From Octopus vulgaris (taxonomy: Eukaryota): a stretch of DNA of 64,000 nt. The stretch lies in contig OX597821.1 of the NCBI GenBank assembly GCA_951406725.2, positions 59,830,001-59,894,000 on the forward strand, in the 5' to 3' direction. How positions within the stretch are numbered: position 1 is the first letter of the stretch; every line of letters starts with the position of its first letter. A program made the position numbers and the translations under genes. Positions 38,217-51,369 of this stretch are shown piece by piece. The notes below the pieces were generated by a model. That model was given only the letters and a program-made list of their open reading frames with translations. It did no database searches and was not told the origin of the DNA.

Positions 38217-39463
38217 TCATCATCATCATCATTATCATTTAGCGTCCGTTTTCCATGCTAGCATGGGTTGGACGGTTCAACTGGGGTCTGGGGAGCCCGA
38301 AAGCTGCACCAGGCCAGTCAGATCTGGCAGTGTTTCTACAGCTGGATGCCCTTCCTAACGCCAACCACTCCGAGAGTGTAGTGGGTGATTTTATGTGCCA
38401 CCGACACAGGTGCCAGATGAGGCTGGCGAACGGCCACGCTCGGATGGTGTTTTTATGTGCCACCGACACAGGTGCCAGACGAGGCTGGCAGACGGCCACG
38501 CTCGGATGGTGTTTTTATGTGCCACCGACACAGGTGCCAGATGAGGCTGGCGGACGGCCACGATCGGATGGTGTTTGTTACGTCCCCAAAGCACGGAGGC
38601 CAGTCTATGCGGTACTGGCTACGGCCACGTTCGGATGATTTTCTTGTGTGCCACCGGCACTGGTACCACAAAGATACAAATTCCATTGATGTTCATCTAT
38701 TTTGATTTGTTTTGATTTGATTTGATTTTCACTTGCCTCAACAGGTCTTCACAAGTGTCACAAGAAGGAAGGTATGCACAGGTGGACTGACTACGTCCCA
38801 GGTAGGGGCCACGGGTTATGGCCTGACTAGTCTTGCCGGGTCTTCGGATGGTGTTTTTATGTGCCACCGACACAGGTGCCAGATGAGGCTGGCGAACGGC
38901 CACGATCGGATGGTGTTTGTTGCGTGCCCACAGCACGGAGGCCAGTCGATGCGGTACTGGCTACGGCCACGTTCGGATGGTTTTCTTGTGTGCCACCGGC
39001 ACTGGTACCACAAGATACAAATTCCATTGATGTTCATCTATTTTGATTTGATTTGATTTGATTTTCACTTGCCTCAACAGGTCTTCACAGGTCTTCACAA
39101 GTGTCACAAGAAGGAAGGAAGGTATGCACAGGTGGACTGACTACGTCCCAAGTAGGGGCCATGGGTTATGGCCTGACTAGTCTTGCCGGGTCTTCGGTTG
39201 GTGTTTTTATGTGCCACCGACACAGGTGCCAGATGAGGCTGGCGGACGGCCACGATCGGATGGTGTTTGTTATGTGCCCACATCACAGAGGCCAGTCGAT
39301 GCGGTACTGGCTACGGCCACGTTCGGATGGTTTTCTTGTGTGCCACCGGTACTGGTACCACAAAGATACAAATTCCATTGATGTTCATCTATTTTGATTT
39401 GGTTTGATTTGATTTGATTTGATTTTGATTTTCACTTGCCTCAACAGGTCTTCACAAGTGTCA
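38217..39463 (-). mobile_element. Non-autonomous RTE-tailed element with tandem 62-nt units and a higher-order ~345-nt repeat
   Basis: Units start at 38393, 38455 and 38517; larger repeat starts at 38502, 38844 and 39194; (GAT)n tail at the left end. Confidence 0.85.
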
Positions 39464-39473
39464 TAAGTAGGAA

Positions 39474-39504
<31 letters not shown>

Positions 39505-40191
39505 TAGAGAAGGAAGGAGGAAGAAAGAAAAGGAGAGATAGAGACGGAGTGAGAAAGAAAGACGAGAGATAGAGAGGAAAAGATATAGAAAGAGTGAGAT
39601 AGAGAAATAGAGATAGAAAGAACGAGATAGACATAAGGAAAGAAAGAGAAGGGGAGAGAGAATGATGGAGAGAGAGAGGAAGACAAACAGACAGACAGAC
39701 TGGTGACAAGAAACGGAAAAAAATATGCACAAACACTAATGCTAAATAATCTATATATTATGAGCAATAAATAGACATGAAAATATAGAAATTATGGAAA
39801 ATATACATATACAGTGATATTCAAAAAAGCAAAACCCCAGCATCTTTAGACCAAACAATACTGTCTAATCAAAGAGAATCCCAAAGTTTCAAGCTATATA
39901 AAAAAAGAAAAAAAATATTATGAAGAACACAAAGACAAAACAAGCTTTCAAAGAGTCAACAAAAAAATCTTGTATAAATTTCTATTTCGTTCGGGGTTTA
40001 TAAACAACTCCACAACCACCACCAACATGATGACGACGACCACCACCACCACCACTACCAACAACCATGATGACAACCTCCATCACCAACACCACGACTA
40101 CCACAACCACTGCCGCCACCACCGATACCACCAAGATGATTACTATGATGACGATGACCACAACTACAACCTCCAATATTTCCCCCTAGTG

Positions 40192-40235
<44 letters not shown>

Positions 40236-40236
<1 letters not shown>

Positions 40237-40622
40237 TAGCAGTATCGCCTGGCATTGCTCGGGTTTGTTTTGACCCTTTAGAATTGGAATTTTTGAAAAG
40301 TAAAAAATTTGCACTATGTAGCTTGTTATTCTCTTTAAGTGAACATTTTTCTGGTTGAAATACACCAAAAAATGGCGACACAGCAGTAAAAAAATCGTAA
40401 AAAATAGGGATTTTCATAGAAAAAAAAGCACCTTTTTGATGTTAATAATTTTTGATGCTAACATGGGCCGATTTGAATGTTTTCGTCTAGGGAAGGAAGA
40501 GCAAGCCTTCTTCTATCATAATCTCAATTTTGGTTAACTTGCGCTGCAGGGTCTCGGAGAAGATAGTGTTAGTTGAAGGCTACCAAACCTGCCATACAGA
40601 CAACTTCAGCTTTATATATATA
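40236..40622 (-). mobile_element. Non-autonomous Helitron-like element
   Basis: Minus strand reads TATATAAAGCTGAAGTTGTCTG ... CCCGAGCAATGCCAGGCGATACTGCTAG|T (3' hairpin plus CTAG). Confidence 0.7.
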
Positions 40623-41819
40623 TATATCTCGCCAAGAAAAATTTGAAACCACCTGATGAATGACTGCAACTTAAAAATTTGATGACAGCAGCCAGGAAAC
40701 GATCGTAGTGGATATTAATTATATTTTTTTAATAATTGTTACATATTTAAATAATATAAATTAATTTATGTATTGGCTTAAGTCTTTCATTGTTTGATTT
40801 GCCTAATAGTGGTTTTGTCTCTAATTTAATATAATATATATATATATATATATATTTGTATATGTACTTTTTTTTGCAGTTATTCTTTTATTTGACTGTG
40901 GCCATGCTGGAGCACTACCTTTAGTCAAACAAATCGACCCCAGGACTTATTCTTTGTAAGACTAGTACTTATTCAATCGGTCTCTTGCTGAATCGCTAAG
41001 TTATGGGGATGTAAACACACCAACAGCTTTGGTTGGCCTGAGGCTATAGTAGAAGACACTTATCCAAGGTGCCATGTAGTGGGACTGAACCCAGAACAAG
41101 GTGGTTGGGAAGCGAGCTACTTACCACACAGCCACTCCTGCGCCTATACTTATCTATTGTTGTTGTTTAATTACTAATATCAATATGAATTACTGTTCAA
41201 AGAGAAAGTCATAAATGCCAGCTGGTTCTTAGTTTAATGAGTCAATTTTTATTAGTTTATCTTTATTTGGGAATTATCTTTCAACTATCTACTCCTTGAC
41301 TACGATCTATTTTATTTGGGTGCAAGGAAGGTTTTTTTTTTAAGGGTTGGGAGTAGAGTTTTGATCAACCATTATTACTTAAAATTTTGAAAAAATCCCA
41401 TGACAGCATGGATAACAGACATTAAATGATAATGTTGTTGATGATGATGATATGGATGCATGGTTATGAAGGTTCAGCCTCTCAAAGTCAACCAAACATC
41501 CCCACCCGAAATAATTGAAAGAAAATTGAATAGTAAGTCTATGTGTTTCACTTGTTTCAGTCATTGGACTACGATCATTCTGGGGCTCCACCTTGAAAGG
41601 TTTAGTTGAACAAATTGACCCCAAAACTTATTTTCTAAGCCTGGTACTTATTCTGTCAGTCTCTTTTGCCAATCTCCTAAGTCATAGGGATGTAAACGAA
41701 CAGTTGTACAAAGACACATATGTGCATACAGACATTATACATATTGTTACTCTCTCTTATATATATATGCATATGCATATATATATATATGCATATGCAT
41801 ATATATATACATATATGTA

Positions 41820-42164
41820 TATCATCATCACCATCATCGTTTAACATCCGCAGTCTACCTTTTACTCTGAGCGAGAGGCCCTTTGTCACCAGCAGAGGTA
41901 AGAGCTCTCTGAACTTTGCCCAAGCTATTCTTATTCTAGCAGCTTCACTTTCAGAGCACCCTTCCCCGCTACTGACTTGGTCACCTAGGTAACGGAAGCT
42001 ATCAACTACTTCTAGTTTTTCTCCCTGGAATGTGGCGGAAGTTGTTCTCTGCGCATTTTCAGTGTTTATTGCTCCTGAGCATCTGCCACATACAAAAACT
42101 ATCTTTCCAGTTAGCCTTCCTTTGTTATTACTGCACCTCTTATGTGTCCATAGCTTAAACTGAG

Positions 42165-42174
<10 letters not shown>
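41820..42174 (-). mobile_element. Internally deleted RTE LINE fragment (Cys/His finger plus RT thumb) fused to its 3' tail
   Basis: IRCTQFKLWTHKRCS...FVCGRC...LEVVDSFRYLGD...AARIRIAWAKFRELLPLL, then directly CGGATGTTAAACGATGATG... Confidence 0.85.
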
Positions 42175-42203
<29 letters not shown>

Positions 42204-43446
42204 TTCTCTGCTGGTTGCATATCTGACTTTTTGGATACTCCATCTGCCCCACAGAAACAACTGTTCGGTTTGAAAAAACATGCTTTGCCCCCTTAGTTTT
42301 CTGTAATTTTTGTACTCCATGTAAATTTGTTCTGTAAATATATAAATATTTATATGCTCATATATGTCAAAGAATAGGCCCAACATTGTCCTCTGCATGT
42401 TGTAAAAGACGACTAAAAGAAGTTGAGGTATGTTTTGAACCCTGACCTTATAAAACCCTCACCAGCAACAACTACTCAAACAGAACCATGAGTTGGAAGG
42501 TTGTCACCCGAATGGTGTAGAGGTTTCATCCACCAGGAGTAGGAAGGAATCACCAACATGCTGTTACAACACGTGCCTCCATACTACTACTACTACTACT
42601 ACTACTACTATTTCTTCTTTCTGCCAAGTTCTCAAATTTCCTTTTCTTTTATCAAAATTCTTGACTCCACCCATCCATAAAACATCAAATGTGATATTGA
42701 TAAGAAAGCAGCTGTGCTACAATAACAATAAATGTAGCCTTGGTTGGTGTTAACCCTAATTGAGCAAATCTACAGTCAAAAGCATTCCATTCATGACAGT
42801 TCCACCTTTGTATATCATCATCGTTTAATGTCTGCTTTCCATGAGGGCATGGGTTGGATGATTTGACTGAGGACTGCTGAGCCAAATGGCTGCACCAGGC
42901 TCCAATCTGATCTGGTAGAGTTTCTACAACTGGATGCCCTTCCTAATGCCAACCTCTCTGAGAATGTAGTGTGTTGGCCATATCAGGCCTAAATATTCTA
43001 CTGGTTTTATGCTCAAACCAATCAGATCCAACCTCTCACACCTATCTAATGATGTCATTCTAAAAAATAAGCAACCACATCATCAAAATCTCAAGGCTAT
43101 GAGATAGTGCATGATTAAGACATTGTGAATAAAGAAGCATTATATTTGACCGAGTAATTTGAATGCTAAAAGATGAAAGATTTGTAGGACATTATATTTA
43201 GGTCTGTCATAAACCCAAGGGTTCATAAGGCTGGACTTTAATCTGGTTTCCATGGCATATAAGTGACGGAGAATACAACTCCCTCCTGAGTGAGATGCAA
43301 TCCATCACAGTGTTAACTTCCCAGCAATAGCTGGAACACATTTACAGCTGAACAGACTGCTGCAATGTGAAATGAAGTGTTTTGCCTGGTACAGGAATTA
43401 AAACCATGATCTTGCGCTTGGGAGTGTAACACCTTAACCACTAGGC

Positions 43447-44221
43447 CAGTGGTTATCAACCAGGGTCCATATAAGATTTTGTTATTAGAATTTATGTGCA
43501 ATAAATTGGTTATACTTTGACAAAAGCATAACTGTCACAATTGAGGTCAATGAAAGAAATTTGGGTAATTTATGAATTAAGGAAGCTATAATCATATACA
43601 GACTAGGGCCCCAAATTAACAACAGGCTGGAGGTTGGTAATTTAATTACCAACCTATCATTTGGCAACATCTGGATGCGTGTATGTTCATTTTTGATAAC
43701 ATGCTCATGTATTACTTAAAAAAAAGAAAGAAAAAAGAAAAAGGGAAGCTGCACATGTAACACATAACTTAGAAGCAGCGCTAGGGATTTGCTAGCACAC
43801 ACGAGATTGAGACATGGTTGACCTCATGCACTTCTCATGAGGAATTCCAGAAGGAGTTTCATAAGACCACTGCTGAGACGCTTCTGAAAAAACAAAGAAA
43901 AGCCATTGGCAAACCGATTATAACAGCGACTCTATCAATTCCTAGGGATATCTGAAGAAGGAATTTTATTCCGAAATATCATATCAGACTATGGATGATT
44001 AAATTAGAACAGTTCTTATAGTCCATTATTTGTATTATAGTGCATTGTTGTGTCATTCAAAATATTTTATTCTTTACCAAATAAATTATTTTATAGAATT
44101 CTTAATAATATCTAATAATAAAGATATGAAGTTTTTTAAAGCAACAAATGGTTATGAGGGTCCATCTGAATGAAACATGAAGCAAGGGGGTCCATAGGGG
44201 AAAAGTGGTTGAGAACCATTG
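43447..44221. mobile_element. hAT MITE carrying an internal insertion with a Penelope-like hammerhead
   Basis: TIR CAGTGGTTATCAACC / GGTTGAGAACCATTG; CACTAGGC repeated on both sides (43439 and 44232). Confidence 0.75.
43946..43991 (+). ncRNA. Degenerate minimal type I hammerhead ribozyme (Penelope-like)
   Basis: CTGAAGA-A-GGAATtttATTCC-GAAA-TATcATA-TC|AGAC: core and stem II intact, stem I poorly paired. Confidence 0.55.
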
Positions 44222-47200
44222 CATATCATTGCACTAGGCCTTAACTAGGGTATACTCACTTTCCACTTATTTAAGATGGCATATAAAAGAGGTAGAGTTG
44301 CTAAACAGCTATTGAGTCAAGTAGCCATGCATAGATGTCTTCACTGGTTTATATTTTAGGTTGTAAACATAGGCAAGGCTGTTTGTGGCTGGAATTTTGG
44401 GTTCATTCTACTGCATAGCACCATGGAGAAGTGTCTTCTGCTAAAGCTTGGGATAGACTAATTCCTTGGTTAAAACTGGAAGACAGAAATTGTATGGGAA
44501 CCCATTGTTTATATACAGCTACCTTAATCATTTACGCATTTCAGCCATTGGACTGTGGCACTACCTTGAAATCAATCCCAGAACTCATTTATTTTGTTAA
44601 GTCTGACACTTACTCTATCGGTCTCTTTTTGCCAAACTGCTTAGTTGTTGGGAGGTAAACAAACACAAAGAAACACTTGCATAAATATATATACGACAGG
44701 CTTCCACACAGTTTCCATCTGCCGAATGAACGAAATTCATTCATAAGGCATTGGTTGACCTTGAGTGCATGGAAATAAGACAATGTAAATTCAATGACAA
44801 AATGAAACAATGGAAATCTCTCAAGATACAGGTTATTTCTAGGTTCTTTGTTAGAGTGGCTCGTACTGCTTTTGTTTAGCCCCAGGTCAATTGCTCTCAA
44901 CCAGGATCCATATGACGTTTTAGGGGTCCACGTTAGTAGTAAATTGGGGATCCACAATAGTATTCTAAGGGTTTCTGAAAAAATTTTGCTTCTAAGGTGC
45001 AGGAGTGGCTGTGTGGTAAGTAGCTTGCTCACCAACCACATGGTTCCGGGTTCAGTGCCATTGCGTGGCACCTTGGGCAAGTGTCTTCTACTATAGCCTT
45101 GGGCTAACCAAAGCCTTGTGAGTGGATTTGGTAGACAGAAACTGAAAGAAGCCTGTCGTATATATGTGTGTGTGTTTGTCCCCCCAACATCGCTTGACAG
45201 CTGATGCTGGTGTGTTTACATCCCCGTAACTTAGCGGTTTGGCAAAAGTGACTGAAAAATAAGTACTAGGCTTACAAAGAATAAGTCCTGGGGTTGATTT
45301 GCTTGACTAAAGGTGGTGCTCCAGCACGGCTGCAATCAAATGACTGAAACAAGTAAAAGACTAAGGTTTTTAATGCAAGAAACAGACAAGTTTCTTTCTC
45401 TCACATTTTACATAGCTCAACATGTTTCTAGCAAGTGAAACACGTTCCCTCAGAGAGTGTTTATTGCAACCAACACAAATGAATGCATGAAAAGCAACAG
45501 GAATTTTCAAAGAAGTACCTATAAAACTATTTATTAAACATTGCTGTATTTGGGGATGGTCATGTTGCCAGTTTAGCCCATAAAAACACACACACTATAT
45601 ATTTGGTGTTCATTTGCTTCAGCTTTATTTTATATTAATTGTATTTTGGCCAGAGTTCTTTTGTCACAGTTCTGTGACCTCAACAGTGGTCCTTTGCTTT
45701 CTTCTTTCTTTTTGTCAGTCTTTCCTTACTAATGATCAGCCATTTTGTATACAAAATGGCTGATCATTTGTAAGAAAAGACACACAAAATAGAAAGAAGA
45801 AAGCAAAGGATATTTATCAAACATCAAATGACAATAAATGTCCACTAGAATGAAATAGTAATCAAAGAGGTCCATAGGTAAAAAAAATGGTTGAGAACTA
45901 CTGCTCCAGGTCAATCAAGAAGGCTTGTGATCAACAACATTCCAGCTGAAGATATACTGTAAAGGAATGTAGGGCTATAATACCTAATTCATCCTTTCCT
46001 TATTTAAGATAGTTGTGTTATACGAGGGAGATTTAGCTGATATTGCTAGCATGATGAGTAATCATATAAAGGTTCATAGTTTGTTTGTATAATGAGATTA
46101 AATTACTTCTTCATTAAGGGAAAAGTAGTAGATAATTATGTAGGTAATAACATAATACTGTAATGAACGGCAGTGCTAATTAAATTATAACGAGCGTTCC
46201 AATTGTAATCACCCCACCTTTTTTTTTTTTCCCAAAAATAAAAATGATAGGATATGTTTCAGGAAGAATCAGCTGCTATTATTGGTAGGTCAGACAACTA
46301 CATAGAGGCTCCCATGTTGACTTATGTGCTTAATAAAGAAGTTCTGTAGTTTCAGGAATTACCATTTCTGTTGGTGACAAGGAGTTTCTTGCTAGAAGAC
46401 TATATACTTACCCAAAGGATGCTACTACTTGGAGAGTCAAGTCTAAAGAATCATTGAATATGCAACGTGAAGTGATATTTTGATTGTTAACATAAATGAC
46501 TTCAAGGAATGGATATTGTCATCATTCCTGATATTCTACTTTGGCCATCATCATTTTAATGTCCACATTTCCATGGTGCAGATGGAATTTGAAGCAGATT
46601 TTTTTATGACGGGATGTCCTTCCTGTCACCAAGCCCTCACCTGTTTCTAAACAAGGCTTTATTTTTCTATGGCCAGACATATTTTTCACAGGAGCCTGCT
46701 TTACAAACACCACACAACATCAAGATATGTGGTGCACACTAACACATGCACATATATGAAGGGCTTCTTTCAGTTTCCATCTACCAAATTCACTCACAAG
46801 TCATTGATTGGACTGGAGTTTAATAGAAGACAGTTGCTCAAGGTGTCACACAGTAGGACTGAACCTAAGACCCAATGGTTGGGAAATAAACTTCTTAACC
46901 ATAGTCACACCCGTGCCTGCCAGTGCTATTTTAATCAAATACACTCAAATAGAGGTACTTTATTGGACTGATGGCCTGTGCCAAACTAAGACTTGTTTAA
47001 AGGTGAGACATCTGAAAAGCAATATGAATTCAGAGGGTTTTTTTTTAATTCAAAGACAGTCTTGTCCCACCATTCCAAAAAGCTGGTATGCAAATCACTG
47101 CTTTGATCCTATGGTTCTTCTTGCACTGGATGAAATACAAACAGGTGACTTAATACTGTTGAATTGGCAGTGGCATTTGATCATCACTACAGCATACATG

Positions 47201-47242
47201 TAGGTACAACAAACTGATAAGTCAACAAAAGAGCCCCTAAAT

Positions 47243-47881
47243 CAGTGGTTTTTTAACCATTTTTTACCTGCAAAGCCCCTTTGATCCCTAATTTACTCTC
47301 ATAGATGTTTGATGTTTAAAAAATCCTATTATAGGCGTAGGAGTGGTAAGTAGCTTGCTTACCAATCACTTGGTTCCGGGTTCAGTCCCACTGTGTGGCA
47401 CCTTGGGCAATTGTCTTCTACTATAGCTTTGGGCTGACCAAAGCCTTGTGAGTGGATTTGGTAGATGGAAACTGAAAGAAGCCTGTCGTATATTTGTATG
47501 TGTGTGTATACGTTTGTGTGTCTGTTTGTTCCCCCAACATCGCTTGACAATCGATGCTGGTGTGTTTACGTCCCCGTAACTTAGCTGTTCGGCAAAAGAG
47601 ACTGATAGAATAACTACTAGGCTTACAAAGAATAAGTCCTGGGGTCGATTTGCTCGACTAAAGGCAGTGCTCCAGCATGGCCTCAGACAAATGACTGAAA
47701 CAAGTAAAAGAGTAAAAGAGAGAGTTATAGTTTTATAATTAAACATTAGGAATTGTATAAAAAAAAATTGCTAAAATATTTTGTGTATTGTGGAAATATA
47801 ATCATTTTATTGCACAAACTTTAGCAACAAAATCTTATATGGACCCCCAACAGGCACATGAACCCCAGTTGAAAACCATTG
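47243..47881. mobile_element. hAT MITE with a nested full-length SINE
   Basis: TIR CAGTGGTTTTTTAAC / GTTGAAAACCATTG; TSD CCCTAAAT / TCCTAAAT. Confidence 0.8.
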
Positions 47882-48969
47882 TCCTAAATTATTGTTTGTA
47901 TAGCTAGAAATAACAGCCAAATCTCTAGCGTCTTAATTATAGTAAATGTAAGGCACATTAGACAATGTAGTCTTAAATATAGGAAAAAGGTTGTTCAAGA
48001 TGGTCAGAACACTTCTGATCACTTATCTGCTTAATCTAGGCTGACTTGGAGTTAAACAATTACAACAAAAGTATTTTATGTTAGACAGAAGAAAGCGAAA
48101 CCTGCTCACAGATGAAACCAGATTCTGACACCACATCTGCTTTTGTATGGACATTATTAATAACATAAACCCTTTAGCTTTTACATTGGTCAAAATATCC
48201 TGCCTATTTTATGTTCAAAGTGGTCAAACCTGGTCTCTCACACCTACCCAACAATGTCATTTTAAAAATAAAACAATCACATCATCAAAATCTCAAAGCT
48301 ACGAGATGCATGATTAATCCAAAACAATGAGAAAAAGATGTTGGGAAGGCAGTGGATTGGAAGACGCTATGAATTTAATATTATAGTACTGTATACAAAT
48401 TATATAATATATTAAATATCAGATTTATAGTATGTATAAATTAGTAAACTATAAGAAGGCTTGTGGTCAACAACATTCTAGCTGAAGGTATACTGTAAAG
48501 AAATGTAGGACTGTAATACCTAATTCATCCTTTCTGACTGGATGTCCTTCCTGTCACCAAGCCTCACCTGTTTCTAAACAAGGCATTATTTTTCCATGGC
48601 CAGATATATTTTTCATAGGGGCGAAATATTTTAAAATACTGTCTGACGTACCAATAATAATTACTATAAAGTCTAGTATAGTTCATTTGAGAGTAATGTG
48701 GATGCTAATGGATAAACTCTTTAGTATTTAAACTGGCCATATCTGGCCAAAATATTCTACCGGTTTTATGTTCAGACTAGTCAGATCCAGTCTCTCACAC
48801 CTACCCAACAATGTCATTCTAAAAATATCATCATTGAAATCCCGAATCTATGAAATGATACATGATTAATTTAAAACAATACAAATAAGTGTTGCATTTG
48901 AGAGAGTAATCTGAATGCTAAAAGGTTGAATAGCTTTACAGTACAATGCTAACAGATATTTGACTACAA

Positions 48970-49578
48970 TAGCGGTTCTCAAATATTTTAGGCCACCACC
49001 CACCTCATGGCCACATAATATACCCAGCATACCCATCCCTATTTTTTTGTATAAATAAATATCTTATATTTTACTAATTTATATATAATATGAATCTGAT
49101 ATTTAATATATTGTGCATGGCTCAGTGGTTAGAGCGTTGAGCTTACGATCGTGAGGTTGTGAGCTCGAATCCTGGTCCGGGCTGCGTGTTGTGTTCTTGA
49201 GCAAAGCACTTTATTTCACGTTGCTCCAGTTCACTCAGCTGTAGAAATGAGTTGCGACGTCACTGGTGCCAAGCTGTATCGACCTTTGTCTTTCCCTTGG
49301 ATAACACTGGTGGCGTGGAGAGGGGAGGCTGGTATGCATGGGCGACTGCTGGTCTTCCATAAACAACCTTGCCCGGACTTGTGTCTAGGAGGGTAACTTT
49401 CTAGGTGCAATCCCATGGTCATTCATGACCGAAGGGGGTCTTTACCCCTTTACTATATCCAATTCCTTCCTCTGTACGTCTCCTTTTACTATACTCCCCA
49501 CCTCCTTAGGCACTAGCACCCACCTGGGCTGTCTCAATGCCGACCAGGAGGCAGTACTGTCCACTTTGAGAACCTATG
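48970..49578. mobile_element. hAT MITE with a nested tRNA-SINE
   Basis: TIR GGTTCTCAAA / TTTGAGAACC; perfect 8-bp TSD GACTACAA. Confidence 0.8.
49113..49453 (+). mobile_element. Third tRNA-derived SINE family (V-SINE-like central segment)
   Basis: TGGCTCAGTGGTTAGAGC A box, GCTCGAATCC B box, GTGTTCTTGAGCAAAGCACTT, TTTACCC tail. Confidence 0.8.
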
Positions 49579-51369
49579 GACTACAACCTATAGTTCTAGT
49601 ATATCTTCTACCATACTTTAGTCTGGATCAAACTAAATTACACTTTGTTAAGCAGTGTTTACTTCTGTTAAGGTAACATCAGCATTTAATACCCATTTTC
49701 CATGCTGGCATGGGTTGGACAGTTTGATAGGATCTGGTGAGCCTCAGGGCTGCAGTATCAGCTATGGCATAGTTTTTATGGCTGGAGTCCAGTCTAATGC
49801 CAACCACTTTACAGTGTATTGGGTTACTGTTCTTTTACTACCAGCACTAGTGATGTTGTCAACTAGCAACAGAAGAAAAAAACAAAAATACTCCTGACTA
49901 AATGTATGTGGGAAGTATGAGAGGAGGTAGGTGGCTTTATGTCAAGTTTTTGTTGTGAGGTAAAGCATTTCAGAGGGATAAGCGTAGGCGTTTCGCTATG
50001 TAGAGATGTGGTTACCTCAATTTAAAGAAAGGGTAGGTGGGATTCGCTGGGAAAAGAAAGAAATGAGGTAGGTACCATAGCAAACTCCGCATACTAATTA
50101 GAATTGCTTACATCTTGGTATATTATGGAGCTTTCTCTGTCTTCTTTTTTTTTTAAACCAAAGTTTGAAATTTCAGCAGTAAATGCTATAGGGACTGATT
50201 AACTTGACTTGGACATTGCAGACCATATTACACTATGAAGTATCGTATTTCAAAATTACACAGAAAGATTTGAAAATAATGACTATGAAGAATAACCTTG
50301 AAAAGCATCCATGTGCAAATACACCTTTTTATTATTATTGAGAGAATTAACTTCTTATTCTTTATGGATTTTGGTTCATCAATAATAATCATCATTTAAT
50401 GTCCACTTTTCCATGCTTGCATGGGTCAGATGGCATTTGCTGAAGCAGATTTTCCACAGCTGGATGCCCTTCCTGTCACCAACTCTCACTCCTTTCCAAG
50501 AAAGGTAATATTTCCTCATGGCTGAACAACAGGTTTTTCACAGAAGATTGTGATTAAACCACCCCCACTTGTATGATGATGATACTCATTTACAACCATC
50601 GCATATCTCGACAAGAGCACACACAAACAATGGGAATCCACACAGTTTTGCAACCAAATACATTCACAAGGCTTTGTTTGGTCAGCGCTGGGCTATAACA
50701 GAAGTGCTGCACAGTGGGACTGAACCCAAAACCACGACTGGGAATCAAGCAGCTTAACCACACAGCTATATCTGCACTTATTAATGAAACTATAATAAAA
50801 CAACATTAAAAAAAATCCTATAAGAACCCTTCCTTATTAGCCACAACTCTGCATCATCATCAGAGATGTTATAGAAACAATTTTCCTTATGTTCCACTAA
50901 ATAACCAACACATATCTGGAGACCTTCCTTATCAACTATCATTTCTCAGTTATTGCCCAACATGCTACGAAACATTTCTATATTTCACTATATAACCAAC
51001 CAAAGGATATTCATCCAATGGAATCATGTATTATCTTACTTTTTAACATTTTGGGCTCATATATCACCCCATCAGCACAACTTATTCTTTTAGTAACAAA
51101 GCTAATCTGATATCCCCATGTAGCTTATGACCTCAAGTAGGTTATATCCATCATGGAATCTAACTATCTGTTTGTTAATTTCTTAACAATAAAGCAGTTA
51201 TAACAACTATATAAAAAAGAAAAACTATTTTAAAACTAAAATAAGCAATGAACTGATTCTAAAGGTATGTTTTCAATGTATGAATTCTAACCAGAAGAAT
51301 AGAGCTATATTAAAAAAAATTATGGCAATGGAAACATAAGAGAGAGATTCAGTTACTTAGAGTTAAAAA

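Noticed and set aside
37817-38358. Many YI-repeat ORFs
   Set aside because: (TA)n microsatellite artefacts
38413-38431. CAGATGAG-GCTGGC-GAAC resembling a hammerhead core on the plus strand
   Set aside because: Both core boxes deviate (CAGA for CUGA, GAAC/GGAC for GAAA), they are not conserved across units, and the motif is antisense to the element
38393-38640. Regularly spaced repeats resembling a CRISPR array
   Set aside because: Eukaryotic context, units are near-identical along their length with no unique spacers, no cas genes, and the array is part of a dispersed retroelement
49113-49185. tRNA-like sequence
   Set aside because: Head of a SINE; continues into SINE body and tail and lacks a proper acceptor stem
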